A program made the position numbers and the translations under genes. A stretch of 13,952 bases of DNA from Octopus sinensis (taxonomy: Eukaryota). The DNA lies in the NCBI RefSeq assembly GCF_006345805.1, contig NW_021825944.1, forward strand, positions 1 through 13,952, in the 5' to 3' direction. Under the pieces are notes generated by a model. The model worked only from the letters and a program-made list of their open reading frames with translations, was not told the DNA's origin and did not search any database. Of the stretch, positions 1 through 9,486 are shown piece by piece (the stretch's first letter is position 1; each line of letters begins with the position of its first letter).

Positions 1-60
1 TATGCTAGACCACTGGTCTTAATTTATAAATATCAATTTCTACCCCTTAATTAATTTTAA

Positions 61-78
61 TATTATATATATATTGTT

Positions 79-114
<36 letters not shown>

Positions 115-447
115 TATGTATATATATATAATATAATATATATATATATGTTTATGTATATATATATATTTTATGTATATATATATATATATATATGTTT
201 ATGTATATATATATATATGTTTATGTATATATATATATATATGTTTATGTATATATATATATATATATATGTTTATGTATATATATATATATGTTTATGT
301 ATATATATATATATATGTTTATGTATATATATATATATATATGTTTATGTATATAATTATATGTTTATGTATATATATAATATATATATATATATGTTTA
401 TGTATATATATATATATATACATATATCTATATATATTATATATATA
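61..447. repeat. Compound (TA)n minisatellite with recurring TGTTTATGTA unit
   Basis: About a dozen TGTTTATGTA motifs separated by variable (TA)n runs. Confidence 0.95.
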
Positions 448-474
448 CACGCCATCTCGGCGAAGCAATTATTC

Positions 475-516
475 CTGTGCCGAGGAAAAGAATAATCCAG
501 AAACCGCGGTCCACAG
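475..516 (+). ncRNA. Decayed type I hammerhead ribozyme motif
   Basis: Stem I CTGTG 475-479 / CACAG 512-516; core CCGAGGA 480-486 (U4->C versus CUGANGA); GAAAC 500-504; palindromic stem III ACCGCGGT 503-510; GTC triplet 509-511. Stem II (487-499) does not pair well. Confidence 0.5.
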
Positions 517-588
517 ATTATTGGTTTGTAGTGAGAAGTGGTACTAAAATCTATGTTTCGAAATATAAGGACACAGATGTGTGTCATA

Positions 589-658
589 TAGCCAGCTGAA
601 GAAGATGTTTTCCTGGGTACAAAACAACAGTAACTTTTCATCCCAACCGGGACTGCTA
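589..658 (+). ncRNA. Decayed type I hammerhead ribozyme motif
   Basis: Stem I TAGCCAG 589-595 / CTGCTA 653-658 (one bulge); CTGAAGA 596-602; stem II GATG 604-607 / CATC 639-642; the GAAACCGGTH half is degraded to CAACCGGGA (644-652). Confidence 0.4.
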
Positions 659-662
659 CGCT

Positions 663-746
663 ATGTTGGCAAATAATCTTTACTTTAAAGTACTGTTACT
701 CTATGTCTCTCGTTTGAGATTTCGAAATAATAGTTTCCTCTCTCTC
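663..746 (+). repeat. Dispersed repeat, copy A (homolog at 3158-3222)
   Basis: ATGTTGGCAAATA (663-675) and TCTCGTTTGAGATTTCGAAATAATAGTTTCCTCTCTCTC (708-746) recur, in the same order, at 3158-3170 and 3182-3222. Confidence 0.65.
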
Positions 747-756
747 GTCTTCTCTC

Positions 757-757
757 A

Positions 758-789
<32 letters not shown>

Positions 790-809
790 TATATATAATA
801 TATATATAT

Positions 810-852
<43 letters not shown>

Positions 853-860
853 ATATAAAT

Positions 861-895
<35 letters not shown>

Positions 896-913
896 TATAT
901 TATATATAATATA
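757..913. repeat. (TA)n microsatellite
   Basis: Near-pure TA run with occasional slippage. Confidence 0.95.
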
Positions 914-1039
914 CAGGGTGTCCCCACAATGTATACACATAGTGGTTCGGCCAAAAGAGAACGATAGAATATGTACTAGGCTTACAAAGACTAACAAATT
1001 TACAATTATTTAAGGTGTGTATACATTTTGGGGGACACC

Positions 1040-1042
<3 letters not shown>
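914..1042. mobile_element. 129-bp non-autonomous Tc1/mariner-type element (MITE-like) containing a SINE fragment
   Basis: TIRs CAGGGTGTCCCC-ACAATGTATACACA (914-939) and rc of 1016-1042 CAGGGTGTCCCCCAAAATGTATACACA (1 indel, 1 mismatch); TA on both sides (912-913, 1043-1044), the Tc1/mariner TSD, although TA is uninformative in this context. Confidence 0.85.
940..993 (+). mobile_element. Internal SINE body fragment (no head, no tail)
   Basis: TAGTGGTTCGGCCAAAAGAGAACGATAGAATATGTACTAGGCTTACAAAGA aligns with SINE body at 2417-2470 and partly 9350-9380. Confidence 0.85.
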
Positions 1043-1081
<39 letters not shown>

Positions 1082-1162
1082 TAATATAAATAATAAATAA
1101 ATACGTGCTTATATACATACCTATATGTACATCCCTACATATATATGTATATATACATGCAT

Positions 1163-1376
1163 ATATGGGTACAGGACATCAAAAAAAAAACGATGAACAC
1201 AATGAGAAACGAAAGCATAACAACAAAAACATAGAAAGTGTCTTTTTTCAAACAACGAAAAAAACAGATTACAAGACATACAACACAAGGAATATTCCCC
1301 TTCTTCAGTTGTCCCTGCTTCATCTACTCCGCGTGATGAAGGTAAGGACAAGACATGACTTCGTTGAACCAGTTCA
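1163..1376 (-). mobile_element. Repeat fragment with hammerhead-like scaffold and T-rich tail (possible Penelope-like terminal-repeat remnant)
   Basis: 1211-1302 is about 88-90% identical (by eye) to 2038-2129 in opposite orientation; minus strand has GTC-TTGTCC...GGACAA-CTGAAGA. Family assignment is inference. Confidence 0.55.
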
Positions 1377-1435
1377 TATATATATATATATATATATATA
1401 TAAATGAAAGAATGGAGTCGAACGAAGATTTTAAC

Positions 1436-1540
1436 AAAATTCCTTTACTCTCAACACATGTATCGAAGACTGCATACTCTTAATTCCGAAGGAATAAAGG
1501 GTGCATTATGCCGTCTTCTCATCAGTAAAGACAAGGAACC
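1436..1540 (-). ncRNA. Mirror copy of the hammerhead, predicted inactive
   Basis: Reverse complement of 1664-1768 except GAAA->GATA (position 1462, A14) and stem I closing C2.1->A (position 1526). Confidence 0.8.
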
Positions 1541-1663
1541 TCTATCAGCCTCAAAATTGACGTCATTGCTTATAACGGATTATTTAAAAAAAACACTCAT
1601 TATCAGTGTGGACACCATGTAGGCAGTCATCAAAAAGTTTTTGTTCGTCTTGAGGCTGATAGA

Positions 1664-1768
1664 GGTTCCTTGTCTTTCCTGATGAGAAGACGGCATAATG
1701 CACCCTTTATTCCTTCGGAATTAAGAGTATGCAGTCTTCGAAACATGTGTTGAGAGTAAAGGAATTTT
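1664..1768 (+). ncRNA. Type I hammerhead ribozyme with complete catalytic core
   Basis: Stem I CTTTC 1674-1678 / GAGAG 1752-1756, 2x2 internal loop, TTCCTT 1666-1671 / AAGGAA 1759-1764; CTGATGA 1679-1685; stem II GAAGAC 1686-1691 / GTCTTC 1734-1739 (canonical G10.1-C11.1), extended by GCATA/TATGC; GAAA 1740-1743; stem III ACATGTGT 1743-1750; GTT triplet 1749-1751, predicted cut after 1751. Confidence 0.88.
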
Positions 1769-1951
1769 GTTAAAATCTTCGTTCGACTCCATTCTTTCAT
1801 TTATTCATATAAAAAAACACACAAATTTCCACACAAGAACACGTGGTTTCTGCCCTTGGCATGTATCTTCAACCGTGTTTTCTGACGTGAATTTGCTACC
1901 CAGGTATCGATTAACCGAATTATCCATACTAACATAATTCATTCACCTACT

Positions 1952-1967
1952 ATATTTATATATATAT

Positions 1968-2034
<67 letters not shown>

Positions 2035-2036
2035 CA
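1952..2036. repeat. (TA)n microsatellite
   Basis: Near-pure TA run. Confidence 0.95.
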
Positions 2037-2037
2037 T

Positions 2038-2129
2038 AAGGGGAATATTCCTTGTGGTGTATGTCTTGTACTTTGTTTTTTTTCGTTGTTTTGAAAAGTC
2101 AGTTTCTATGTTTTTGTTGTTATGCTTTC
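2038..2129 (+). repeat. Second, partial copy of the 1163-1376 repeat
   Basis: AAGGGGAATATTCCTTGTGGTGTATGTCTTGTAC...TTTCTATGTTTTTGTTGTTATGCTTTC matches rc of 1211-1302. Confidence 0.85.
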
Positions 2130-2156
2130 TTATATATTATATATATATATATATAT

Positions 2157-2566
2157 GCACAGGATTGGCTGTGTGGTAAGGAGCTTGCTTACCAACCACA
2201 TTATTCCGGGTTCAGTTCCACTCATTGCGTGGAACCTTCGGCAAAAGTCTTCTGCTATAGCCTCGGGCCAACCAAAGACTTGTGAGTGGATTTGGTAGAC
2301 GGAAACTGAAAGAAGCCTGTCATATATATGTATTGTGCATGTGTGTGTTTGCGTGTCTGTTTGTCAGCCCTCCATCGATTGACAACTGATGTTGGTGCGT
2401 TTACATCGCCGTCACTTAGCGTTTCGGCAAAACAGTGACTAATATAAACAAGTACTAGACTTACAAAGAATATGTCCTGGAGACGATTTGCTCGACTAGA
2501 AGCGATGCTCCAGCACAGCCGCAGTCAAATGACACAAACAATTAAAAGATTAAATGAGTAAAAGAA
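2157..2566 (+). mobile_element. Full-length tRNA-derived SINE, copy 1 (octopus OR/OK-like, CORE-like segment)
   Basis: A-box-like TGGCTGTGTGG 2166-2176, B-box-like GGTTCAGTTCC 2209-2219, internal (TA)/(TG) microsatellite about 2322-2350, 3' CAGTC-AAAT-GAC hairpin and AAAAGA-type tail; aligns end to end with 9077-9486. Family name is from recognition only. Confidence 0.9.
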
Positions 2567-3004
2567 TACGTCTGCGCACAAGTTTATGCAATTTTTCCCC
2601 TTCTACCAAATATTTACATATCCCAAAGTTATTATATCCAAACCATTAATCATTCCCTCTAATCTATCATTCCCTCTAACCGTTTGCAACCTATCATTAC
2701 TCTTCTCTCCTTATTCTCTATTATTTCTGCTTTCTATTTACGTATTTTCAATACTGTTGCTGTTGCCAGAAAAATGTCCAGTAAACTAAGTATAATTGCT
2801 AAATGCGCTTAACGTTATCCACATTAGATCGCATTAATTTGATTTAATTTAATTTAGCAATTAAAAGATTGCATGGCAAAACAACAACAATCTAAACTGT
2901 AAGAACGCGTCTGAGCTAAATAAAACTGAAGGACAGCATTTTAACTTAGCTTTTATTGATATTTTCTGCTGGTCGTTAACCAACTGTTGACGTAAGAGGG
3001 TATA

Positions 3005-3157
3005 CTTTTCATAAATACATATATATGTATGTATACATATATACCTACTTACATATGTACGTCCAGACATATATAGATACATACATACATACATGCATAC
3101 ATACAGACATACATATATACACACAGATATATATGTATATATATATATATATATATA
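3005..3157. repeat. Mixed (ACAT)n/(TA)n microsatellite
   Basis: ACATACATACAT runs followed by TA run. Confidence 0.85.
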
Positions 3158-3222
3158 ATGTTGGCAAATATTGATGATGTTTCTCGTTGAGAGATTTAGA
3201 AATAATAAAGTTACTCTCTCTC
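3158..3222 (+). repeat. Dispersed repeat, copy B (homolog of 663-746, shorter middle)
   Basis: See copy A. Confidence 0.65.
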
Positions 3223-3339
3223 TCTATCTATCTATCTCTCTGTATATATAATATATATATAAGCATATACATACATATATATAGGGGGTACATTTATATA
3301 ATTACATACATGCATATGTTTATATATATATATATATAA

Positions 3340-3530
3340 TTTTATTCTTTTACTTGTTCCAGTCATTTGACTGCGGCCATGCAGGACTTATTCTTTTATA
3401 GCCTAGGACTTATTTTGTCGGCTCTCTTTAACCGAACCGCCAAGTTACGCGGACGTAAATACACCAGCATCGGTTGTCAAATGATGGCAGGTAACAAACA
3501 CAGAAATACAACACACGACTCACACGCATA
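3340..3530 (-). mobile_element. SINE 3' half (body and tail only), with internal deletion
   Basis: rc reads TTGACAACCGATGCTGGTGTATTTACGTCCGCGTAACTTGGCGGTTCGG...GCATGGCCGCAGTCAAATGACTGGAACAAGTAAAAGAATAAAA; it begins exactly at the SINE internal microsatellite. Confidence 0.9.
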
Positions 3531-3557
3531 TATATGTTATATATATATATATATATC

Positions 3558-3590
<33 letters not shown>

Positions 3591-4339
3591 TATTATACAA
3601 TGCATATATATATATATACATATGCATATATATATATATACATATGCATATATATATATATATATACGTATGCATATATATATATATATATATATAGATA
3701 TATACATATGCATATATATATATATATATATACATATGCATATATATATATATATATACATATGCATATATATATATCAATATATATATATATACATATG
3801 CACATATATATATACATATATGCATATATATATATAATATATATATATATATGCATATATAATAATATTATATATATGCATATATAATATATATATATTA
3901 TACATATGCATATAGATATATATATATATGCATATGCATATATATATATATATATACATATGCATATATATATATATATATATATATACATATGCCATAT
4001 ATATATATATATATATACATATGCATATATATAAATATATATATACATATGCATATATATATATTATATACATATGCATATATAATATATATATGATATA
4101 TATCCATATGCATAATATATATATATTATACATAATGCATATATATATATATTATACATATGCATATATATATATTATATATACATATGCATCTATATAT
4201 ATATACATATGCATATATATATATAACATATGCATATATATATATATATATAATGCATATATATATATATATATATTATATGCATATATATATATATATA
4301 CATAAATGCATATATATATAATATATATATATACATATC

Positions 4340-4371
<32 letters not shown>

Positions 4372-4642
4372 GCATATATATATATACATATGCATATATA
4401 TATATATATACATATGCATTATATATATATATATACATATGCATATATATATATATACATGCATATATATATATATATATATACATATGCATATATATAT
4501 ATATACATATGCATATTATATACATATGCACATATATATAGTATATATACATATGCATATATTATATATATATATACATATGCATATATATATATATAAC
4601 ATATGCATATATTATATATATATATATTACATATACATATGC

Positions 4643-4673
<31 letters not shown>

Positions 4674-4954
4674 AACATATGCATATATATATATTATATA
4701 TATATATATATGCATATCTATATATATATATATATACATATGCATATATATATATACATATGCATATATATATATATATACATCTATGCATATATAGATT
4801 ATATATATATATTTATATATATATATATATATATACATATGCTATATATATATATATATAATATATATATATATATACATATGCATATATATATAATTAT
4901 ATATATATATATACATATGCATATATAATATATATATATATATATATCATATGC

Positions 4955-5022
<68 letters not shown>

Positions 5023-5070
5023 GCATATACATATGCATATATATATATATTATACATATGCATATACATA

Positions 5071-5107
<37 letters not shown>

Positions 5108-5199
5108 GCATATATATATATATATATATATATACATATGCATATATATATATATATATATATATTATATTACATAATGGCATATTATTATTAGACATA

Positions 5200-5242
<43 letters not shown>

Positions 5243-5334
5243 GCATATATATATATATACATATGCATATATATATATATACATATCATATATATATATA
5301 ATATCATATGCATATATATATATATATATACATA

Positions 5335-5375
<41 letters not shown>

Positions 5376-5422
5376 TATATATTATATATATATATATACA
5401 TATGCACATATATATATATATA
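3531..5422. repeat. Compound satellite block 1: TACATATGCA unit with (TA)n spacers
   Basis: Dozens of ACATATGCATA motifs in the same polarity between TA runs. Confidence 0.97.
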
Positions 5423-7621
5423 AATCCTTAAATCCTTAAAAATGTTTTTAGCCCGAAGGCCGCGGCCATGCTGGGGCACCAACCGCTGAATGAGCTACAC
5501 TAGTTTGTGAATCCACCTCTGATACGTGGCACTTGATCAAGGGAGTTCGATGCTGCTGCCCGCATCCGTGTCTCCTGTCGTGAGGTAGGTTCATCTGGGA
5601 CTCCCACAAGAAGAGAATCCAGTTAGTTTTAAAAAACCCACATCCACACCATGTAAGTTTCTCAGGCATTTAGGGAGGATGTTAAAGACTGTGGTCCTCT
5701 GAAACCCAGCTGTTGCAGTATCTGGACCTGTATTTTGATGGTGATGTTGGAATCCTTGGCACCAAGCAGCGGGCGCCCCGTTCTGCGGTTGGAATAACTT
5801 AATGCCAAAGTTTGGGACAAGACCCTCCAGGATTTTCCAGATGTATATCACTGCATATCTCTCCCGGCCTCCGCTCCAGGGAGAAGAGGTTTAATACCTT
5901 CAGTCTTTCCCAGTAGCTGACATTTTGCATTGAGACGATTTTCTTTGTGTAGCTTCTCTGAGTTGCTTCGAGTTCTGCTGTTTGTTTTATATTGTGTGGT
6001 GACCAAGTTGGGAGCAGTAGTCCCAAGCGGCTGAGGACAAATGTTTTCCATAGGACCATCAGTGTCTCCTTCTCTCTTGTTCTGAAAGTTCGGAGAATCC
6101 ATCAGCTAGCCGTCTGCATTTTATCACCAGATTAGCAATATGCATTTGGAAAGATGCATCATTGCTCATTGTCAATGCCCAGTCACGCACTGATTTTGAC
6201 TCAGGGATTGCACTTTTTCCTGGGCCAGTGTATCCAGTCTTCACGTCATTTAACCTTTGTGTGCCAGTAGCGCAGGGCCTGGAACTTACCTGCATTAAAC
6301 TGCCATGTTGTTGTCCTCAGCCCACCTGTATATTGTGTCCAGCTCATGTTGCAGATGCGCAATATTTTCAGGGTTTTGTTTGCGTGGGAGACTTTTGTGT
6401 CATCTGCATAGCTAGCAAGGGTGGTCATCGTAGCAACTGAAGGCATGTCTGAAAGGGCCACTATGAACATCAGTGGCCCCAAGACAGTGCCCTGTGGGAC
6501 AACGCTTGTTATTTGCGTTTCCCTGGGTGGCTCCATTGCTCACACTGCCTGTTTTCGTCTTTTAGGAAGTTGTGCAGCCACTCTCCAAGTTTCCCGCCTA
6601 TGCCAGACCACGCAGTTTGTGACAGATCATACCATGGTCGACTTTATCAAAGGCTTTTGCAAAGTCAAGATATATTACATCCACATTTGAGCCATTTAGT
6701 AGCTTTTTCAACACCCATCATAGTGTTGCAGGAGCTGTGTTAGGCAGCCCTCTACCTGGTCGAAATCCATGCTGGGTGTCAGACAGTAAGTCATTTTCTT
6801 CAAGGAACATGATTAGTTTCTTACGACTATCGTTCCATGACTTTGCTGATGGTGTGAGGTCAGAGAGATAGGCCTATAATTTTTAGCATCTGCTCTGCTA
6901 CCTCCCTTATGGATAGGCATATTACCCCGCCCTCTTTCAGTTTGACTGGGAGCTTACCACTTGCAAGAAAGCTCTGAAAAAGAAGCTGTAGCGGTTTTGC
7001 AGGGCTCGTTTTGCACGATTTGAGAGCATCGCTGGGAATCCATCAGGTCCAGCAGCTGGTTTTGGTCAATCTCATCAATGGCTAGTGTGATATCATCTTC
7101 TTCGATGTTGATGTACTCAATTTTTGCTCTTTGGCCGCTGGTAAAGTGGCAAAGAATTCTTCTGGGTGTTTACTTGCCTGTGTCCTAGAGGTGTAGTGAA
7201 CACACTTTGGAACTGTTCGTTCAGTATTCACTTATCCTCGTGGGATTTCCTGTGAGAGAGCCATCTTTTGGGAAGAGGGTCCTATTCTCTGGTGCACTGT
7301 GGCTGTCTCTTTGCAAACTTAAAGAAAGCTTTAGGGTTTGATTTTATATTTTCTATTACCCAAGCTTCTTTATCTGCTCTCTCCTTTCATGGGACTGATG
7401 TAGACTTTTCTCAGTTGCCATTAGCATTCTTTCGAGCCGAGACTCTCACCACTTTTGGTGTGCTTGCTCAGGCGTTTGCAATCCTTGTTCGTCGTCTCAT
7501 AAGAATCCTCCTTTCTCTAGGGATCCTGTTTTTGTTCTTGTGTGTGCTGGCCCTGCACATTGGGACATATTTGTCACATATGGCTTGTAATATGGACACG
7601 AAGTGTTTTGTGTTTCATGTT
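5423..7621 (-). mobile_element. 5'-truncated CR1-group non-LTR retrotransposon (LINE)
   Basis: Minus-strand ORF2 motifs: IKSNPKAFFKFAK linker (about 7300-7360), YLDFAKAFDKVDHG (6631-6672), VPQGTVLGPL (about 6474-6500), YADD (6399-6410), YWERLKVLNLFSLERR, WKILEGLVPNFG, PDEP...RAAASNSL, stop at 5500-5502; short 3' UTR ending in a tail of two 8-mers (AATCCTTA x2, 5423-5438); flanking 22-bp direct repeat TATGCACATATATATATATATA at 5401-5422 and 7622-7643. Confidence 0.95.
5500..7621 (-). pseudogene. Disrupted ORF2 (reverse transcriptase, linker and C-terminus; endonuclease domain lost by truncation)
   Basis: LDFAKAFD and PQG/YADD motifs lie in different frames; further frameshifts near 5867 and 5620; SGVPQG motif reads SVVPQG. 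Confidence 0.92.
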
Positions 7622-7813
7622 TATGCACATATATATATATATACCATATGCATATATATATATCATATGCATATATTATATATATATATATACATTGCAT
7701 ATATTATATATTATATACGCATATGCATATATATATATATATACATATGCATATATTATATATATATATACATATGCATATATTCTTAATATATATATAT
7801 ATACATATACATA

Positions 7814-7844
<31 letters not shown>

Positions 7845-7862
7845 CTTACATATACATATGCT

Positions 7863-7893
<31 letters not shown>

Positions 7894-8009
7894 TATACAT
7901 ATGCATATATTATATATATATACACATATGCATATATTATATTATATATATACATATGCATATATTATATATATATATATATATACATATGTATATTATA
8001 TATATATGC

Positions 8010-8040
<31 letters not shown>

Positions 8041-8234
8041 CATATGCATATATAATATAATATATATATACATATGCATATATATATATATATACATATG
8101 CATATATATATAATATAATATGCATATATATATATACATATGCATATATATATATATATATATATTATATATACATATACATATGCATATATATATACAT
8201 ATGCATATATAATATACATATACATATGCATATA

Positions 8235-8286
<52 letters not shown>

Positions 8287-8587
8287 ATATATATATATAT
8301 ACATATACATATGCATATAATATATATATATATATACATAATATAATATATATCATATACATAGCATATATATATATATATATATATATACATATGCATA
8401 TATATATATACATATGCATATATATATATATACATATGCATATATATATATATACATATGCATATATATATATACATATGCATATATATATATGCATATG
8501 TATATATATATATATATATAGTATATACATATGCATATATATATATATATATATATATTATACATATGCATATATTATATATACATA

Positions 8588-8621
<34 letters not shown>

Positions 8622-8643
8622 TATATATATATATATATGCATA

Positions 8644-8711
<68 letters not shown>

Positions 8712-8929
8712 GCATATATATATATACATATGCATATATATATATATATGCATATATATATATATATCATATGCATCATTATATATTATACATATGCATA
8801 TATATATATACATATGCATATATATATATAATATATATATATACATATGCATATATATATATATATATATATAATATATATATATATATACATATGCATA
8901 TATATATAATATATATATATATACATATG

Positions 8930-8966
<37 letters not shown>

Positions 8967-8968
8967 TA

Positions 8969-9005
<37 letters not shown>

Positions 9006-9072
9006 GCATATATATATATATTAATATATAATATACATATGCTTATGTATATATTATATATGTATATATATT
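7622..9072. repeat. Compound satellite block 2: TACATATGCA unit with (TA)n spacers
   Basis: Same unit and polarity as 3531-5422. Confidence 0.97.
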
Positions 9073-9076
9073 TGTA

Positions 9077-9486
9077 GGCGGCAGGAGTGGCTGTGTGGTA
9101 AGTAGCTTGCTAACCAACCACATGTTTCCGTCTTCAGTCCCCACTGCGTGCATCTTCGGGAAGTGTCTTCTTCTGCTATAGCCCCGGGTCGACTAATGCC
9201 TTGTGAGTGATTTGGTAGACGGAAACTGAAAGAAGCCTGTCGTATATATGTATATAATATATACATATATATGTGTGTGTGTGTGTTTGTCCCGCCCCCT
9301 GGCATTTTGCTTGACAACCGATGCTGGTGTGTTTTACGTCCCCGTCACTTAGCGGTTCGGCAAAGAGACCGATAGAATAATCCCCGGGGTCGATTTGCTC
9401 GACTAAGGCGGTGCTCCAGCATGGCTGCAGTCAAATGACTGAACAAATAAAAGAGTAAAAGAGTGAAAGAGTAAAAGTGTAAGAGT
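9077..9486 (+). mobile_element. Full-length tRNA-derived SINE, copy 2
   Basis: GGCGGCAGGAGTGGCTGTGTGGTAAG head, internal (TA)(TG) run about 9244-9285, GGTGCTCCAGCATGGCTGCAGTC-AAAT-GACTG 9410-9441, degenerate (AAAGAGT)n tail to 9486. Confidence 0.92.

Larger units (their letters stand above)
1401..1803. repeat. Long inverted repeat: 154-bp arms (1401-1554, 1650-1803), 95-bp spacer
   Basis: Checked base by base: 152/154 complementary, no indels; mismatches only at 1462/1742 and 1526/1678. Confidence 0.97.

Noticed and set aside
2157-2235. tRNA-like sequence with A and B boxes (also 9077-9150 and 10800-10876)
   Set aside because: These are SINE heads; no complete cloverleaf, and they continue into SINE body.
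2649-2679. 14-nt direct repeat ATCATTCCCTCTAA
   Set aside because: Only two copies; ordinary local slippage duplication.
7268-7789. 173-aa plus-strand ORF that looks hydrophobic
   Set aside because: It is the antisense of the CR1 ORF2 linker running into satellite.
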